A DNA stretch of 64,000 nucleotides from Candidatus Hydrogenedentota bacterium (GCA_963745075.1 CAVUWV010000008.1:64001-128000); one strand, 5' to 3'. Positions 41,087 through 52,244 are shown, counted from the first letter of the stretch. Numbers and translations are program-made. The notes: a model not told the origin generated them from the letters alone.

Positions 41087-42697
41087 TCAACGGGACGCCG
41101 TACGTTGCGGCGTCGGCGCATTCATTACACATTCAAGTGTCCTTCCATCGAGGTCTGCAGAGGGTTCGATGCCCAGCAGCGCGAGAACCGTCGACGGCAA
41201 GTCGAGAAGTTGGGCGTCCGAGAGCGATTCGCCGGACGCAATGCCCGGTCCGGACATCACCACGAACCCTTCGGGATGGTGCCGGCCCGAACGGCGTTCC
41301 GGATCTTCGCCGAGCACCGTGCCGATGGATGGCGATCGGAGTCCCGTTTTGGGGCCGTCCTGGGCCCAAGTCACGATGATGTCCGGGAGATCATCGGCGT
41401 TGTCGGTGTTCAGCTCCCGGCGTGTGCGAAGGATCCTCTCGACAGCGGAACGACCGGTATTCATGTTTTCGAGCGCCGCCAACTCCTGCTCGAGCCGGTC
41501 GCAGAGTGCATCGTATTCCGACGGATCGACGATCCCTTGGGGTTCACGGCCTTTGAGATTGATTCGAATGGAGCCGTTGCAGTCGTTGGGCACGGCGAAG
41601 GCGCGGCTCCGAGCCCACTGTCCGCTCGGGTAGACGAGGCGGCGCGTCCACTGGTCCCACGCGCGCTCGGGGATCATGTGTTTGATGGTATTGATCAAGG
41701 GCATTCCAAAGGTGTCTTGCACGCGGCGAATGCGGTAGTACGCCCAGCCCTTCGATTTCCGTGCCCTCAATGTCTCGGTGGACGCGGCTACGCCATCCGG
41801 TCCGAGACCCAGGTGCGCCAGGACGCCGGGCAGCAGGTGGCTGCCGGTGTAATTGGGTTTCATGCCGGAACCCGAGAAGACGATGAAATTGGCGTCCGGC
41901 GCACGTCTGACGAGGTCCGCAATGACTTCGTCTTGTTTGGCGAAGAGGCGGGCGAAGAAGTCACCGAATTCGTCATTGAACTCGGGTATGTGATCGGGGT
42001 GATTCGGTTCCGACAACTGGCAGAGCACGTGCATGGCCCAGTGGGTTTCGGGAAGCACGGTGAGAAAGAGGTCCCAGGGTTCCTTTTCCATCAGGTAGTT
42101 GAGCAGTTGACGTTTCTTTTCCATGCCATCGAGCAGCGCCATCGTCACAGCGCGGTATTCATCGCGAGTCGCCGGTTTGATGAAGATGCGAGCGTCGCCA
42201 TGCACGATCGGGTACCGCCCGATAGTCGTGTATACCTCATTCAAGAGATTCCGGGGCCAACTGTCTGGCGGCCAGCCGGGGAATTCGCCGCCCCAACCGG
42301 TGATGTGAATGCCGTTGAAGTTTTCTGCGGGCCGGGTCTGCGGCACGTCGGAGACGGCGACGCGCCGGCCTTGCGCCGCGGCACAATTCCAGAATGGGGC
42401 GCCCTTCAGGTCGTCCGCGTACCGCTTCACGATGTGGTAGGTTCCGTTCTTGAGCTGCATGTGCGTGAAGTACTGACCGTGCCGGTGCGGCAGGTGGCCC
42501 GTGACCAGCGAAGGCCAGATGGCGCCGCTGGAGTAATCGCTGACAGACGTGAGCGGCCCCCACGCGCCGTTGTCGCGGAGCCGTTGGAGGGCGGGCATGG
42601 TACCGCCGGAGCAATAGGCGTCGATTTGATCTGGGCGCGCCGTGTCGACGCCGATCATGATGACGCGCCCGCTTTGTGGTCGCGTTGTTGATTCCAT
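41087..42697 (-). CDS. Alkaline-phosphatase superfamily protein (type I phosphodiesterase/nucleotide pyrophosphatase-like)
   Basis: MIGVD, WPSLVTG..P.RHG, IRINLKGREPQG, SGRHHPEG, DLDGR. Confidence 0.85.
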   Translation of the reverse strand: MESTTRPQSGRVIMIGVDTARPDQIDAYCSGGTMPALQRLRDNGAWGPLTSVSDYSSGAIWPSLVTGHLPHRHGQYFTHMQLKNGTYHIVKRYADDLKGAPFWNCAAAQGRRVAVSDVPQTRPAENFNGIHITGWGGEFPGWPPDSWPRNLLNEVYTTIGRYPIVHGDARIFIKPATRDEYRAVTMALLDGMEKKRQLLNYLMEKEPWDLFLTVLPETHWAMHVLCQLSEPNHPDHIPEFNDEFGDFFARLFAKQDEVIADLVRRAPDANFIVFSGSGMKPNYTGSHLLPGVLAHLGLGPDGVAASTETLRARKSKGWAYYRIRRVQDTFGMPLINTIKHMIPERAWDQWTRRLVYPSGQWARSRAFAVPNDCNGSIRINLKGREPQGIVDPSEYDALCDRLEQELAALENMNTGRSAVERILRTRRELNTDNADDLPDIIVTWAQDGPKTGLRSPSIGTVLGEDPERRSGRHHPEGFVVMSGPGIASGESLSDAQLLDLPSTVLALLGIEPSADLDGRTLECVMNAPTPQRTASR

Positions 42698-42764
42698 AGT
42701 CGACCTCCTAATGGTGCGTTAAGGCGCGCAGAATAGCGTGGCTAATCCGCGTTTCTCGTCGCGG

Positions 42765-43709
42765 CTACACGGTAGGTGTGTCGTGCGTGTGAGAATTCCG
42801 GGCTAACCGTTTCAGCCCGGGAAAGACCGCGCGGGCGATCGGTCCGTGCAAGACGAGCCGGACGGAGACGAACGCGAGGCGTGCCGGGAGCGTGCCGAGA
42901 AAGCATGTCCACTGCAACATGTTGGCATGGCGCAGCATGAGGAAGAAGAGGTTGCGGAGTTTCCAGTACTCATACGACGCGACGGTCCCGCGACCGGCGT
43001 GACCGCCCCGGTGTTCGACCTCGGATTTGGGCGCATAGCGTAGCAGATAGCCCGCCTCGGCAACCCGAATCGAGTAGTCCACATCTTCCCATCCGTATCG
43101 CCGGAGTCTTTCGTCGAAGATTCCTGCGCGTCGCACCGCTTGCGTGCGCACGAGGAAGGCGAAGCCGGGGCAGGCCCGCACCTCGTGTGGCGTATCGTAT
43201 TGGCCCCGGTCGGTTTCTCCGCAGCCGATGTTCTGGAACATGCCGAGATAGAAATTCAGCGCCATGCCCCCAGCGGCGGCCAGGCATCGGTCCCCCATTG
43301 ACTGGAACGCCTTCGGCGTTACCATACCGACACGCGGACTCCGGGCTGCGTTTACCATCTCGGCCAAGGCGGTGGGGGCGAGAAATGCGTCGTTGTCGAG
43401 AAAACAGATAAACTCGGAATCAAATTGGTTCAACGTGGTGGCAAGTCCCGCGTTGCGTGCCGCGATCACGCCGGACGGTTCCGGTAGTACGATGGCGCGA
43501 ACGCCTGGCCAAAGCGATTGGGCCAGGTCCACTGAACGATCGGTCGATGCGTCGTCGACCAGGATCACCGCAGACGGTCTATGTGTTTGTGCTTGAAGCC
43601 GTTGGAGACACTGCGCCAGCAAATCGCGACGGTTGCGATTGAGTACGATGGCGACAACGCGTGCCCCGCTGGCCGGATTGCTACGTTCCACGTCGGAGAG
43701 TCCTTGCAT
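42765..43709 (-). CDS. Glycosyltransferase family 2
   Basis: VDDASTD, AARNAG, FLDND, GWEDVDYSIR. Confidence 0.85.
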   Translation of the reverse strand: MQGLSDVERSNPASGARVVAIVLNRNRRDLLAQCLQRLQAQTHRPSAVILVDDASTDRSVDLAQSLWPGVRAIVLPEPSGVIAARNAGLATTLNQFDSEFICFLDNDAFLAPTALAEMVNAARSPRVGMVTPKAFQSMGDRCLAAAGGMALNFYLGMFQNIGCGETDRGQYDTPHEVRACPGFAFLVRTQAVRRAGIFDERLRRYGWEDVDYSIRVAEAGYLLRYAPKSEVEHRGGHAGRGTVASYEYWKLRNLFFLMLRHANMLQWTCFLGTLPARLAFVSVRLVLHGPIARAVFPGLKRLARNSHTHDTPTV

Positions 43710-43881
43710 AACCGCCGATGATACAGTCCACGGGGAGATTGTAAACGATTCGACAGAGCGGGCCAAGTGAGTGAGGAAGAGTGTCGGCTGGAGGTGGAGA
43801 CTCCGGTCTCCAGACGCCCTGTCGTGATTGGACGGAATCTGGTATGCTGGACAGGTCTGCCAATACTGCAAGGTGGCTGGA

Positions 43882-46800
43882 ATGGAAACACAGACCCCAC
43901 AACTGTCTTTGCGAGAGGACCGTGGCCGGGCGATACAGCGGCGGATTACCCGATCCGTGCGTGGTGTCGTGATGGCGTTAGCGGTTATGACCGGATGCGT
44001 CACCTGGGCTGCGGAAAGCGCGCCGGTCGACTTCCAAACCCAGATAGCGCCGGTACTTGCAGAGCGCTGCGCAACGTGCCACAGCAAGGAGAAACGCAAA
44101 AGCGGGCTGAGTCTCGAAACACTCGCCGACGCGCAGACCGGCGGCGACTCCGGCCCGGCCATCGTGGCGGGGAAGAGCGGCGAGAGCGAGTTGATTCGCC
44201 GGATCAGTTCCGGCGAGGACGACGTGCGCATGCCGCCACGAGGCGAGCGGCTTTCGGATGAAACCATCGCGCTGTTCCGCGCCTGGATCGACCAGGGAGC
44301 GACGTGGACCGATGCTGAGGCGGATAACGGGGGCGCGAAGGCTGTCCCCGACTTTTGGGCGTTCCGCAAACCGGAACAGGCACCGCTCCCGGAAACCCGT
44401 GACGAACCGTGGGTGCGGAATCCCATCGACGCGTTTGTCCTAGCCGCCATGCGTGTGCACGGCTTTGAACCGTCGCCCGAAGCGGACCGGTACACGCTGA
44501 TTCGCCGGCTGAGCCTCGATCTGATCGGATTGCCGCCCACGCCGGAAGACGTCCAGGCTTTCGTGAACGACGCCGATCCCCATGCCTACGAGCGGCTGGT
44601 GGATCGACTGCTCGCGTCCCCCCACTTCGGCGAACGTATGGCGATTCGTTGGCTGGATGCCGCGCGCTATGCGGACACCAACGGCTACGAGAAGGACCGC
44701 CCCCGGTCCATCTGGCCGTACCGAGACTGGGTGATCGACGCCATCAACGACGACATGCCGTTTGACCGGTTTACCATCGAACAGATCGCGGGCGACCTTC
44801 TGCCGAATCCGACCGAAAACCAGCGGATCGCGACGGGGTTCCTGCGAAACTCCATGCACAACGAGGAAGGCGGCGTGGACGCGGAGGAGTTCCGGTTCGA
44901 AGCGATGATCGACCGCACGAACACCGTGGGCACGGCGTTCCTCGGCCTCACGGTCGCTTGCGCGCAATGCCACAGCCACAAATACGATCCCATTTCCCAG
45001 CGCGAGTACTACCAGTTCTACGCATTCTTGAACAACACCGACGACGTGGAAATGACGATCCACGATCCGGCAATCGCCAAGAAACGGGACACGATAGAGC
45101 AACAGATTGTCGCGCTGGTCGATGACCTACCGAATCGGTTTCCCGTGGACGATCTCAAACGCGACGTGCAGATCCTGGAACCCGCATCGCTGAAGTCGGA
45201 TGGAGGCGCCACGCTCACAGCGGACACCGACGGCTTCGTTACCGCGACCGGCGACGCACCGGAACGCGATTCGTACACGCTGGCCTACAATCTCGGCGCG
45301 GCACCTCTCGAATCGATCCGGGTCGAATTGGGTACTGACGCCGCGCTTCCGCAAACCGGCCCCGGCCGGGCCGACAACGGCAATCTCGTCATCTCCGAAA
45401 TCGAAGCCTTCGTGCGGCCGTTGCAGGGCGACGGCGAGCCCGTGCGGGTCGAGTTGGATCGGGTCGAGGCGAGCCGGTCGCAGAAGGGCTACGACCCCGA
45501 GAAAGCCATCGACGCCGATCCCGGCACGGGATGGTCACCGGGTGTGGACGGCGTCGAACCACGCGACGGTACGCTAACGCTGTGGTTCAAACAGCCGGTG
45601 CAGGCGTCGGAACCGTCACGGCTCGAATTGCGCATCCTGCAGAACAATGGCGCACGCCATACCCTCGGCCGGTTCCGCGTGACGTCGGTTCGGGAGTATA
45701 TGCCGGAATCCGACCTCCCCGACACGGAGCGGCGCGCCCAGCATCTCGCCCGCGAACTGGATGCGTGGGAACGCGACGTAACGGCCAAGTCGGCCCGTTG
45801 GACCGTGGCTCAGCCCGTCGAGTATGTGTCGAAAAACCATGCGACCTTTGAACGGCTCGACGACGAGTCGCTTCTCATGAAAGGCGACGTGCCCAACACG
45901 GACACCTACGACGTGGGCTACCGGACCGACCTCCAGAACATCACCGCCGTGCGCATCGAGGTGTTGCCTGACCCGAGCCTGCCGAACGGCGGCCCGGGCC
46001 GCGGCGTCATCATGTCGGCGGGCGGCGATTTCCTCTTGAGTGAAATTGCGGCGAGTGCCGCGCCGTGGCTCGATCCGAAGAACGCCCAACCCATCCCGCT
46101 GCAAAACGGCACGGACGACTATTCCGCGCCGGGGCGGGCGGCTGCGCTGGCGTTGGACGGCAAACTGGACACGGGCTGGTCTATCAAGGATCGAGAGGGG
46201 CAACCGCACGAAGCGGTGTACGAGTTCGCGGAGCCGGTCGGGTATGACGGTGGGACGCTGCTCAGGCTGAAGCTCGATCAGGTGTACGTGCATCAACACA
46301 CCATCGGCCGGTTTCGCGTGTCGGTGACGAGCGATCCCTTGCCGGTGCAAGCCTCGGGCGTACCGGCGAATATCGAAGCGATTCTTATGACGCCTGCCGG
46401 GCAACGGACGGACGCACAGCGGGAATTCGTCAAACGCTATTACCTTTCGGTGTCCCCCGAGCTGATCGAGGCGCACAAAGAAATCGACGAACTGCGCGCG
46501 TCCATGCCGAAGTTTCCGACCACCCTGGTGCTTGCGGAGCGTGAAAATGCCCGCGAGACCCACCTCCATCATCGCGGCGAATTTCTGTCGCCGCGTGAAG
46601 CGGTTACGCCGGACGTTCCCGCGGTGTTGAACCCGGTGGACCCGGGCGCGCCGCGTAATCGATTGGCCCTGGCGCGGTGGCTGGTGTCGGAGGACAATCC
46701 ATTAACCGCGCGGGTCACCGTCAACCGGTTCTGGCAGATGCTGTTCGGCCGGGGCATCGTGAACACGCCGGGCGACTTCGGCACGCGCGGCGAAGCGCCG

Positions 46801-47583
46801 AGTCATCCCGAGTTGCTGGACTGGATGGCCGTCGAGTTCGAGCGGCGCGGTTGGGACGTGAAAGAGATGATTCGCCTCATGGTGACGTCGGCCACGTACC
46901 GGCAGTCGTCGCGCGCCACGCCCGAGGCGATTGCCAAGGACCCCGTGAACGAATGGCTCGCGCGCGGTTCCCGGTTCCGCGTGGACGCGGAGATCGTGCG
47001 AGACATCGCCCTCGCGGCGAGCGGACTGTTGAATCCCAGGATCGGCGGGCCCAGCGTGAAGCCGCCGCTACCGGACGGCGCGTTGTCGCTGGTGTACCCC
47101 GGCGATCCGTGGAACGTCTCGGAAGGCGCGGACCGCTACCGTCGCAGCCTGTATACCTACTGGAAACGCGCCTTGCCCTATCCCACGGCGACGGTGTTCG
47201 ATGCGCCGGCCCGCGATACGACGTGTGTACGGCGCGTAGTGTCCAACACGCCTCTGCAAGCCTTGACGTTACTGAACGATCGCGAGATGATGGAGGCGGC
47301 ACGGGCGACGGCGAAACGCGTGCTCGACGAAGCCCCGGCGGATACCGCCGGACGAGCGGCCTATATGTTCATGGTGCTGGAGTCGCGGCCGCCGGACGAA
47401 CAAGAGTTGATTTGGGTCACGGAGTTTCACGACCGGCAAGTGGCGCGGCTTCGGTCGGGCGATGCGAATGCGAATGTCATCTTCGCGGCGGACGGCGACG
47501 CCGACCCGCAGATTGAACTGGCCGCGTGGACCTTGGTCTGCCGGGCTATACTGAATACCGACGAGACGATTACGAGAGGGTGA
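43882..47583 (+). CDS. PSD1/planctomycete cytochrome c domain protein (DUF1549 + DUF1553)
   Basis: CATCH, MPP, NPIDAF, WLDAARYADT, CAQCHSHKYDP, PSHPELLDW, NTPLQAL. Confidence 0.92.
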   Translation: METQTPQLSLREDRGRAIQRRITRSVRGVVMALAVMTGCVTWAAESAPVDFQTQIAPVLAERCATCHSKEKRKSGLSLETLADAQTGGDSGPAIVAGKSGESELIRRISSGEDDVRMPPRGERLSDETIALFRAWIDQGATWTDAEADNGGAKAVPDFWAFRKPEQAPLPETRDEPWVRNPIDAFVLAAMRVHGFEPSPEADRYTLIRRLSLDLIGLPPTPEDVQAFVNDADPHAYERLVDRLLASPHFGERMAIRWLDAARYADTNGYEKDRPRSIWPYRDWVIDAINDDMPFDRFTIEQIAGDLLPNPTENQRIATGFLRNSMHNEEGGVDAEEFRFEAMIDRTNTVGTAFLGLTVACAQCHSHKYDPISQREYYQFYAFLNNTDDVEMTIHDPAIAKKRDTIEQQIVALVDDLPNRFPVDDLKRDVQILEPASLKSDGGATLTADTDGFVTATGDAPERDSYTLAYNLGAAPLESIRVELGTDAALPQTGPGRADNGNLVISEIEAFVRPLQGDGEPVRVELDRVEASRSQKGYDPEKAIDADPGTGWSPGVDGVEPRDGTLTLWFKQPVQASEPSRLELRILQNNGARHTLGRFRVTSVREYMPESDLPDTERRAQHLARELDAWERDVTAKSARWTVAQPVEYVSKNHATFERLDDESLLMKGDVPNTDTYDVGYRTDLQNITAVRIEVLPDPSLPNGGPGRGVIMSAGGDFLLSEIAASAAPWLDPKNAQPIPLQNGTDDYSAPGRAAALALDGKLDTGWSIKDREGQPHEAVYEFAEPVGYDGGTLLRLKLDQVYVHQHTIGRFRVSVTSDPLPVQASGVPANIEAILMTPAGQRTDAQREFVKRYYLSVSPELIEAHKEIDELRASMPKFPTTLVLAERENARETHLHHRGEFLSPREAVTPDVPAVLNPVDPGAPRNRLALARWLVSEDNPLTARVTVNRFWQMLFGRGIVNTPGDFGTRGEAPSHPELLDWMAVEFERRGWDVKEMIRLMVTSATYRQSSRATPEAIAKDPVNEWLARGSRFRVDAEIVRDIALAASGLLNPRIGGPSVKPPLPDGALSLVYPGDPWNVSEGADRYRRSLYTYWKRALPYPTATVFDAPARDTTCVRRVVSNTPLQALTLLNDREMMEAARATAKRVLDEAPADTAGRAAYMFMVLESRPPDEQELIWVTEFHDRQVARLRSGDANANVIFAADGDADPQIELAAWTLVCRAILNTDETITRG

Positions 47584-47588
47584 GAACG

Positions 47589-49022
47589 ATGGATGCCAGG
47601 ACGAAGAACGAACGATTGCGCGGGATGACACGACGCCATTTCTTTCAGGAGTGCGGCGTGGGCGTCGGCAAGATCGCCCTGGCCTCGCTGCTCTGCCGCA
47701 ACGCGTCCGCAGCCTTGATCGAGAATCCCTTGGCGCCGCATCCCGGGCATTTCCTGGGCCCTGCGAAGCACGTCATCTATCTCTTCATGGCCGGGGCGCC
47801 GAGCCAACTCGATTTGTTCGACGACAAGCCGGTGCTCAAGAAGTACGACGGCAAATCCATTCCCGAAGATATCGTGAAGGACCAGCGGTACGCCTTCATT
47901 CAACGCGACGCGGCGCTCATGGCATCGCGGTTCAACTTTGCCCAATACGGTCAATCCGGCGCGGAGCTTTCCGAGATGTTGCCGCATCTGGCGGAAGTGG
48001 TGGACGATATCGCCATCATTCGGTCGGTCAACACGAACCAATTCAACCACGCGCCCGCGCAGATCTTCATGAATACGGGGTCGCCGCAATTGGGCCGTCC
48101 GAGCATGGGCGCGTGGGTCACCTATGGTCTCGGAAGTGACGCGGAAGACTTGCCTGGGTTCGTCGTGCTGAACAGCGGGCAGGGTTCCAGCGGCGGCGCG
48201 AACAACTGGGGCTGTGGGTTCATGCCGACGGTATACCAGGGCGTGCCGTTCCGGAGTCAGGGCGACGCAGTCCTGAACGTGTCGAACCCGGACGGAATCG
48301 ACGCGGCGATCCAACGGGACACGATCGATCTCATTGGCAAGCTCAACCACCACCAACTCGAACTTCAGGGCGACCCGGAGATTGCGACGCGGATCAATTC
48401 CTACGAGATGGCGTATCGCATGCAAACCAGCGCACCGGAGCTGATGGACATTTCCCAGGAGTCTCCCGAGACCCTGGCGATGTACGGCGCCGAGCCGGGC
48501 AAGGCATCGTTCGCAAACAATTGCCTGCTCGCGCGCCGCCTCATCGAACGGGGCGTTCGGTTCGTCAACTGCTACCACGGCAGTTGGGACCATCACAGCG
48601 ATGTCGAGGGCGGACTCAGGACGCAGTGCGGGGCGACGGACCAGGCTTGCGCGGCGCTGATTAAGGACCTGAAACAACGGGGACTCCTGGACGAGACGCT
48701 CATCATCTGGGGCGGCGAATTCGGGCGTACCCCCATGGTCGAGTCGAGTGCCGCCCTGGGCCGCAGCATGGGGCGTGACCACCATCCCCAGGCGTTCACC
48801 ATGTGGTTGGCCGGCGCGGGCGTGCGCGTGGGGCAGACCATCGGCGCGACGGACGATTTGGGATTCAACATCGCCGAGCGTCCGGTGCACGTCCACGACA
48901 TCCAGGCCACGATCCTGCATCTGCTCGGTCTCGAGCACACGAAGTTGACGTACCGGTTCAAAGGCCGCGATTTCCGCCTCACGGACGTTGCCGGGAACCT
49001 GGTGCCGGAACTGATCGCGTAA
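47589..49022 (+). CDS. DUF1501 domain protein (Tat-like N-terminus)
   Basis: TRRHFF, GAPSQLDLFD, WDHH, GEFGRTP, GRDHHP. Confidence 0.92.
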   Translation: MDARTKNERLRGMTRRHFFQECGVGVGKIALASLLCRNASAALIENPLAPHPGHFLGPAKHVIYLFMAGAPSQLDLFDDKPVLKKYDGKSIPEDIVKDQRYAFIQRDAALMASRFNFAQYGQSGAELSEMLPHLAEVVDDIAIIRSVNTNQFNHAPAQIFMNTGSPQLGRPSMGAWVTYGLGSDAEDLPGFVVLNSGQGSSGGANNWGCGFMPTVYQGVPFRSQGDAVLNVSNPDGIDAAIQRDTIDLIGKLNHHQLELQGDPEIATRINSYEMAYRMQTSAPELMDISQESPETLAMYGAEPGKASFANNCLLARRLIERGVRFVNCYHGSWDHHSDVEGGLRTQCGATDQACAALIKDLKQRGLLDETLIIWGGEFGRTPMVESSAALGRSMGRDHHPQAFTMWLAGAGVRVGQTIGATDDLGFNIAERPVHVHDIQATILHLLGLEHTKLTYRFKGRDFRLTDVAGNLVPELIA

Positions 49023-49129
49023 GGATTCCGAAATCCGCAATAGAATGGCGTGGTTGCCGCCGCATGCCGCAGGTTGTAGACTAAACAGAAGAAATAGACT
49101 CACGCCATACCAACAGGAGGCGATCCCCC

Positions 49130-49843
49130 ATGAGCTACAACGCCGAAACTTTCCGCCCCTCTGAATACACCTTGGCCGATCGGGCCTCGACCAACGAACG
49201 TGCCTCGTTCATCATGCTGACCTACCTGCATCTGCTCGGCGCTGTTGTTGCCTTCATCGGCATCGAGGCCGTGCTGCTGAGTCTGCCCATCGCGGAACGT
49301 ATGACGATGGCCATGACGGGCGGGTACATGTGGCTGCTCGTGCTCGGCGGGTTCATGGGGGTCAGTTACATCGCGAACCAATGGGCCGTGTCGACCACGT
49401 CGCTGGCCACGCAATACATGGGACTCGGTCTTTATGTGGTGGCCGAAGCCTTTCTCTTCCTGCCGCTGCTCTACATTGCGTCGCGATTCGGCGGCGACGG
49501 CGTGATCCCGTCCGCGGGCATCGCGACGATCGGTATCTTTGCCGCGCTGACGGTGTTCGTCTTCTTCACGCGCAAAAACTTCTCCTTCCTCGGACCTTTC
49601 CTAGGTGTCGCCGGCATGGTCGCGCTTGGGGTCATCGTGTGCAGCGTCCTGTTCGGGTTTAACCTGGGCGTGCTGTTCACCGTGCTAATGATTGGATTCG
49701 CGTGCGCCTACATCCTGTACAGCACGTCCAATATCCTCCACGTATACCATATCGGCCAACACGTCGCCGCGTCGCTGGCCCTGTTCGCCAGCGTGGCGTT
49801 GCTGTTCTGGTATATCCTGCAGCTCTTTATGTCGCGGAGGTGA
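49130..49843 (+). CDS. Bax inhibitor-1/YccA family membrane protein
   Basis: Seven TM helices; TYLHL, ILYSTS, LFASVALLFWYIL; AGGAGG upstream. Confidence 0.85.
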   Translation: MSYNAETFRPSEYTLADRASTNERASFIMLTYLHLLGAVVAFIGIEAVLLSLPIAERMTMAMTGGYMWLLVLGGFMGVSYIANQWAVSTTSLATQYMGLGLYVVAEAFLFLPLLYIASRFGGDGVIPSAGIATIGIFAALTVFVFFTRKNFSFLGPFLGVAGMVALGVIVCSVLFGFNLGVLFTVLMIGFACAYILYSTSNILHVYHIGQHVAASLALFASVALLFWYILQLFMSRR

Positions 49844-50067
49844 GAGGCGAAGGGGCGGAAATACGGCAGTCGACTACGTTCCAATGTAGGGGACGATTGT
49901 GCGTTTCCGATCTCTTCGCACTCTTCTACTCGGGAAACTGCGCGTAGGGAACGTGCGTTTCGCTGACGAATTAATGTTGATCTACAGAGTCCCGAGCTAT
50001 TGGGGGAGCGAGTACGAGTACGAATGAGAAAGCGAGGGTGGTTTTCATCGGAGGGCCATAAAAGACT

Positions 50068-51669
50068 TTAGGTGAGGGGCGGGAGGTATCTTCCCCGTGA
50101 AATAATATCCTTCGGATCCAGGGCGCGCTTGATGTCGCCTGCGACTTGCCAGAAGGGATCGGCGGGATCGGATAGACTCGCGAGTCCGCTCAGTCCCGCG
50201 CGATACGGGATGTAGCCTTCGGCCATGAGCGCATCGAAAAGCGCGTGATAGCAGCGGTCGGCCGCAGCGGCTTCTTCGGGGACGGCTTTGTCGAAGGCCA
50301 CGTTGAGAATGGCGATCATGGATCGTTCGTTGATCATGGTGAAGGTCGCCAGCGGTTCGAAGCGGTGCTCGGCAAAGATGGGTTCGACCATCGCCATGAC
50401 GCGCGACGCGTCGCGGCCCGTCATGGGAAGCACGGGCGAAATCCACATCAGCCCGCCGCCGTAGTCGAGAGGGTCGCTGGAGTCGGACGGCGGCTTCGTG
50501 CGCAAGCGCCAATGGGTTCCCCGCAACGCATCGTTCGTCGGTTTACCTTTCAACGTGGTGAAGAGCGTTTCGAGAGAATCCAGCAACTCGGCGGGACGCT
50601 TTGCGAAACCCATGCGATTCAGCTTCGGCACCGCCCACCGAATAAGTTCCATCTTCCGGTCGCTCACGAAGGTGAGTTTTCCCAGCGATCCTACGGCCTT
50701 TTTCAACGCGCGCCGGGTGGCACCGACGTGTCCGGCCCGACCCGTGAAGGCGCTGCCGACGTTCCATGCGCCGATGCCCATGGCGGAGCGCAGGCGCACG
50801 CGTTCAGACTCGGGCAGTGGTGTAACGCCGTTGGTTGCTTCCCAGGGATAGATGCCGCGGCTGCTGAAGATCCGGTAATCGTTTCCGATGTGCAACGCGG
50901 CGGGCAGCAGTCCGTCCATCCGTAACGGCCGCAGCGCATCAACGAGCGGCCCGATGTCCTCGTCGTGCGGCACGGTAACGTAGAAGAAACAAAAGCTCTC
51001 GGGTTTCGGCATGAGCCACAAACCCAGTCTTGTCACGATGCCGTAGTTGGATTGGCAGAAGATCCCGTCGAGGAACGGCCCCACGCCGTAGCGGTAAACG
51101 TGTTGGGCCTTGGAGTTCGGGTAGTGGCCGAATCCGGTGCGCACCACGCGACCATCCGCCAGAACGATCTCCATGCCGCACGCGGTGAGGAAATGATCGC
51201 CGTAGCGCGTGTGACCGAAGCCGCGGTCCAACGTATTGCCCACCAGACTCGCGTCGAGACCTGCGCCGGTGCAGTCCATCCAGAGTCCGGTGTTGTTCTC
51301 CTGTAGGTAGTCGTAGAGCTGGCCCTGGGTCACCCCGGGTTCAATGACCGCGTACGCGAGTTCCGTGTTCACTTCCAAAATGCGGTTCATCCGGCTGAGG
51401 TCGACAATCGCCGCGCCTTCGGTTGGTGCGCAGGCGTCGCCGTAACCCCAATTCTTCCCGCGCGAAATGGGATAGACGACCGTGTCGTGTTCCGATGCGA
51501 TGCGGAGAACGGCTTGCACTTCCTCGGTGGAGGTCGGATACAGCACGCAACAGGGAACGGTACCCTTGCCCTGGGTACTGCGCGCGTAACGCGTCCGCGT
51601 GGCTTCCGCGTCGTCGACCTTGTCCGCGCCCAGGGCTTGCCGCCACGCGTCAACCACGGCACTCATCAT
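50068..51669 (-). CDS. FAD-binding oxidoreductase, VAO/p-cresol methylhydroxylase flavoprotein family
   Basis: PISRGKNWGYG, EPGVTQ, GNTLDRGFG, SNYGIVT, GYIPYR, KRALDP..IISRGR. Confidence 0.85.
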   Translation of the reverse strand: MMSAVVDAWRQALGADKVDDAEATRTRYARSTQGKGTVPCCVLYPTSTEEVQAVLRIASEHDTVVYPISRGKNWGYGDACAPTEGAAIVDLSRMNRILEVNTELAYAVIEPGVTQGQLYDYLQENNTGLWMDCTGAGLDASLVGNTLDRGFGHTRYGDHFLTACGMEIVLADGRVVRTGFGHYPNSKAQHVYRYGVGPFLDGIFCQSNYGIVTRLGLWLMPKPESFCFFYVTVPHDEDIGPLVDALRPLRMDGLLPAALHIGNDYRIFSSRGIYPWEATNGVTPLPESERVRLRSAMGIGAWNVGSAFTGRAGHVGATRRALKKAVGSLGKLTFVSDRKMELIRWAVPKLNRMGFAKRPAELLDSLETLFTTLKGKPTNDALRGTHWRLRTKPPSDSSDPLDYGGGLMWISPVLPMTGRDASRVMAMVEPIFAEHRFEPLATFTMINERSMIAILNVAFDKAVPEEAAAADRCYHALFDALMAEGYIPYRAGLSGLASLSDPADPFWQVAGDIKRALDPKDIISRGRYLPPLT

Positions 51670-52064
51670 TCGGATTCCTTCTGAGCGAGGGCTTCCGCAA
51701 TGCGGCCCGCCATGATTTCGGAAATCCGGCGATCAACGCCGAGCGGTTGGGCGACGCGGTACGACACGTCCGGGAACTGCGCGGCGGCTTCCGCAGTCAT
51801 GCGCGGAATGTCGCTCGTGCTGTGGCGTCCCGGCGCGAGGAAGTACGGCATCACGACGACGCGCTTCGCGCCGCGTTCGACGCACCGCGCAAAGGCCTGG
51901 GCCAACGTCGGCTCGGTGATTTCCATATGCGCGACTTCGACAACGGGCACGCCCGTGGCCGCACGGAAGTCCGCGGCCACGTCCACCAACATGGCGTTGG
52001 CGGCCGGGAATTTCGATCCGTGGTCAACCAGAATGACGCCCAAGCCCTCCACGTTTTCGATCAT
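51666..52064 (-). CDS. Short CbiX/SirB-type chelatase domain protein
   Basis: VDHGS, AHME..EP, PYFLAPGRH..DIP. Confidence 0.85.
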   Translation of the reverse strand: MIENVEGLGVILVDHGSKFPAANAMLVDVAADFRAATGVPVVEVAHMEITEPTLAQAFARCVERGAKRVVVMPYFLAPGRHSTSDIPRMTAEAAAQFPDVSYRVAQPLGVDRRISEIMAGRIAEALAQKESE

Positions 52065-52163
52065 GCCTGTCCTTCCAATTACGTGTACCGTCGCGCGCCA
52101 TAGGGCTGCGCCCGGAGCAGAATGCATCATAACATAGCGCCCAAGTCAACCAATGTTGGACGC

Positions 52164-52244
52164 GTCTTCGTGAGCGCCAGCGAAGGATCTCTATAGACGA
52201 TTGCCACGGGGCAAAAGAGATCCTTCGCTGGAGCTCAGGATGAC
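52164..52244. repeat. REP-like palindrome related to the 6107-6193 element
   Basis: GTCTTCGTGAGCGCCAGCGAAGGATCTCT ... AGAGATCCTTCGCTGGAGCTCAGGATGAC. Confidence 0.75.

Noticed and set aside
42765..44540. 591-aa minus-strand ORF
   Set aside because: The 5' half is the antisense shadow of the PSD1 gene; the real GT2 starts near 43709
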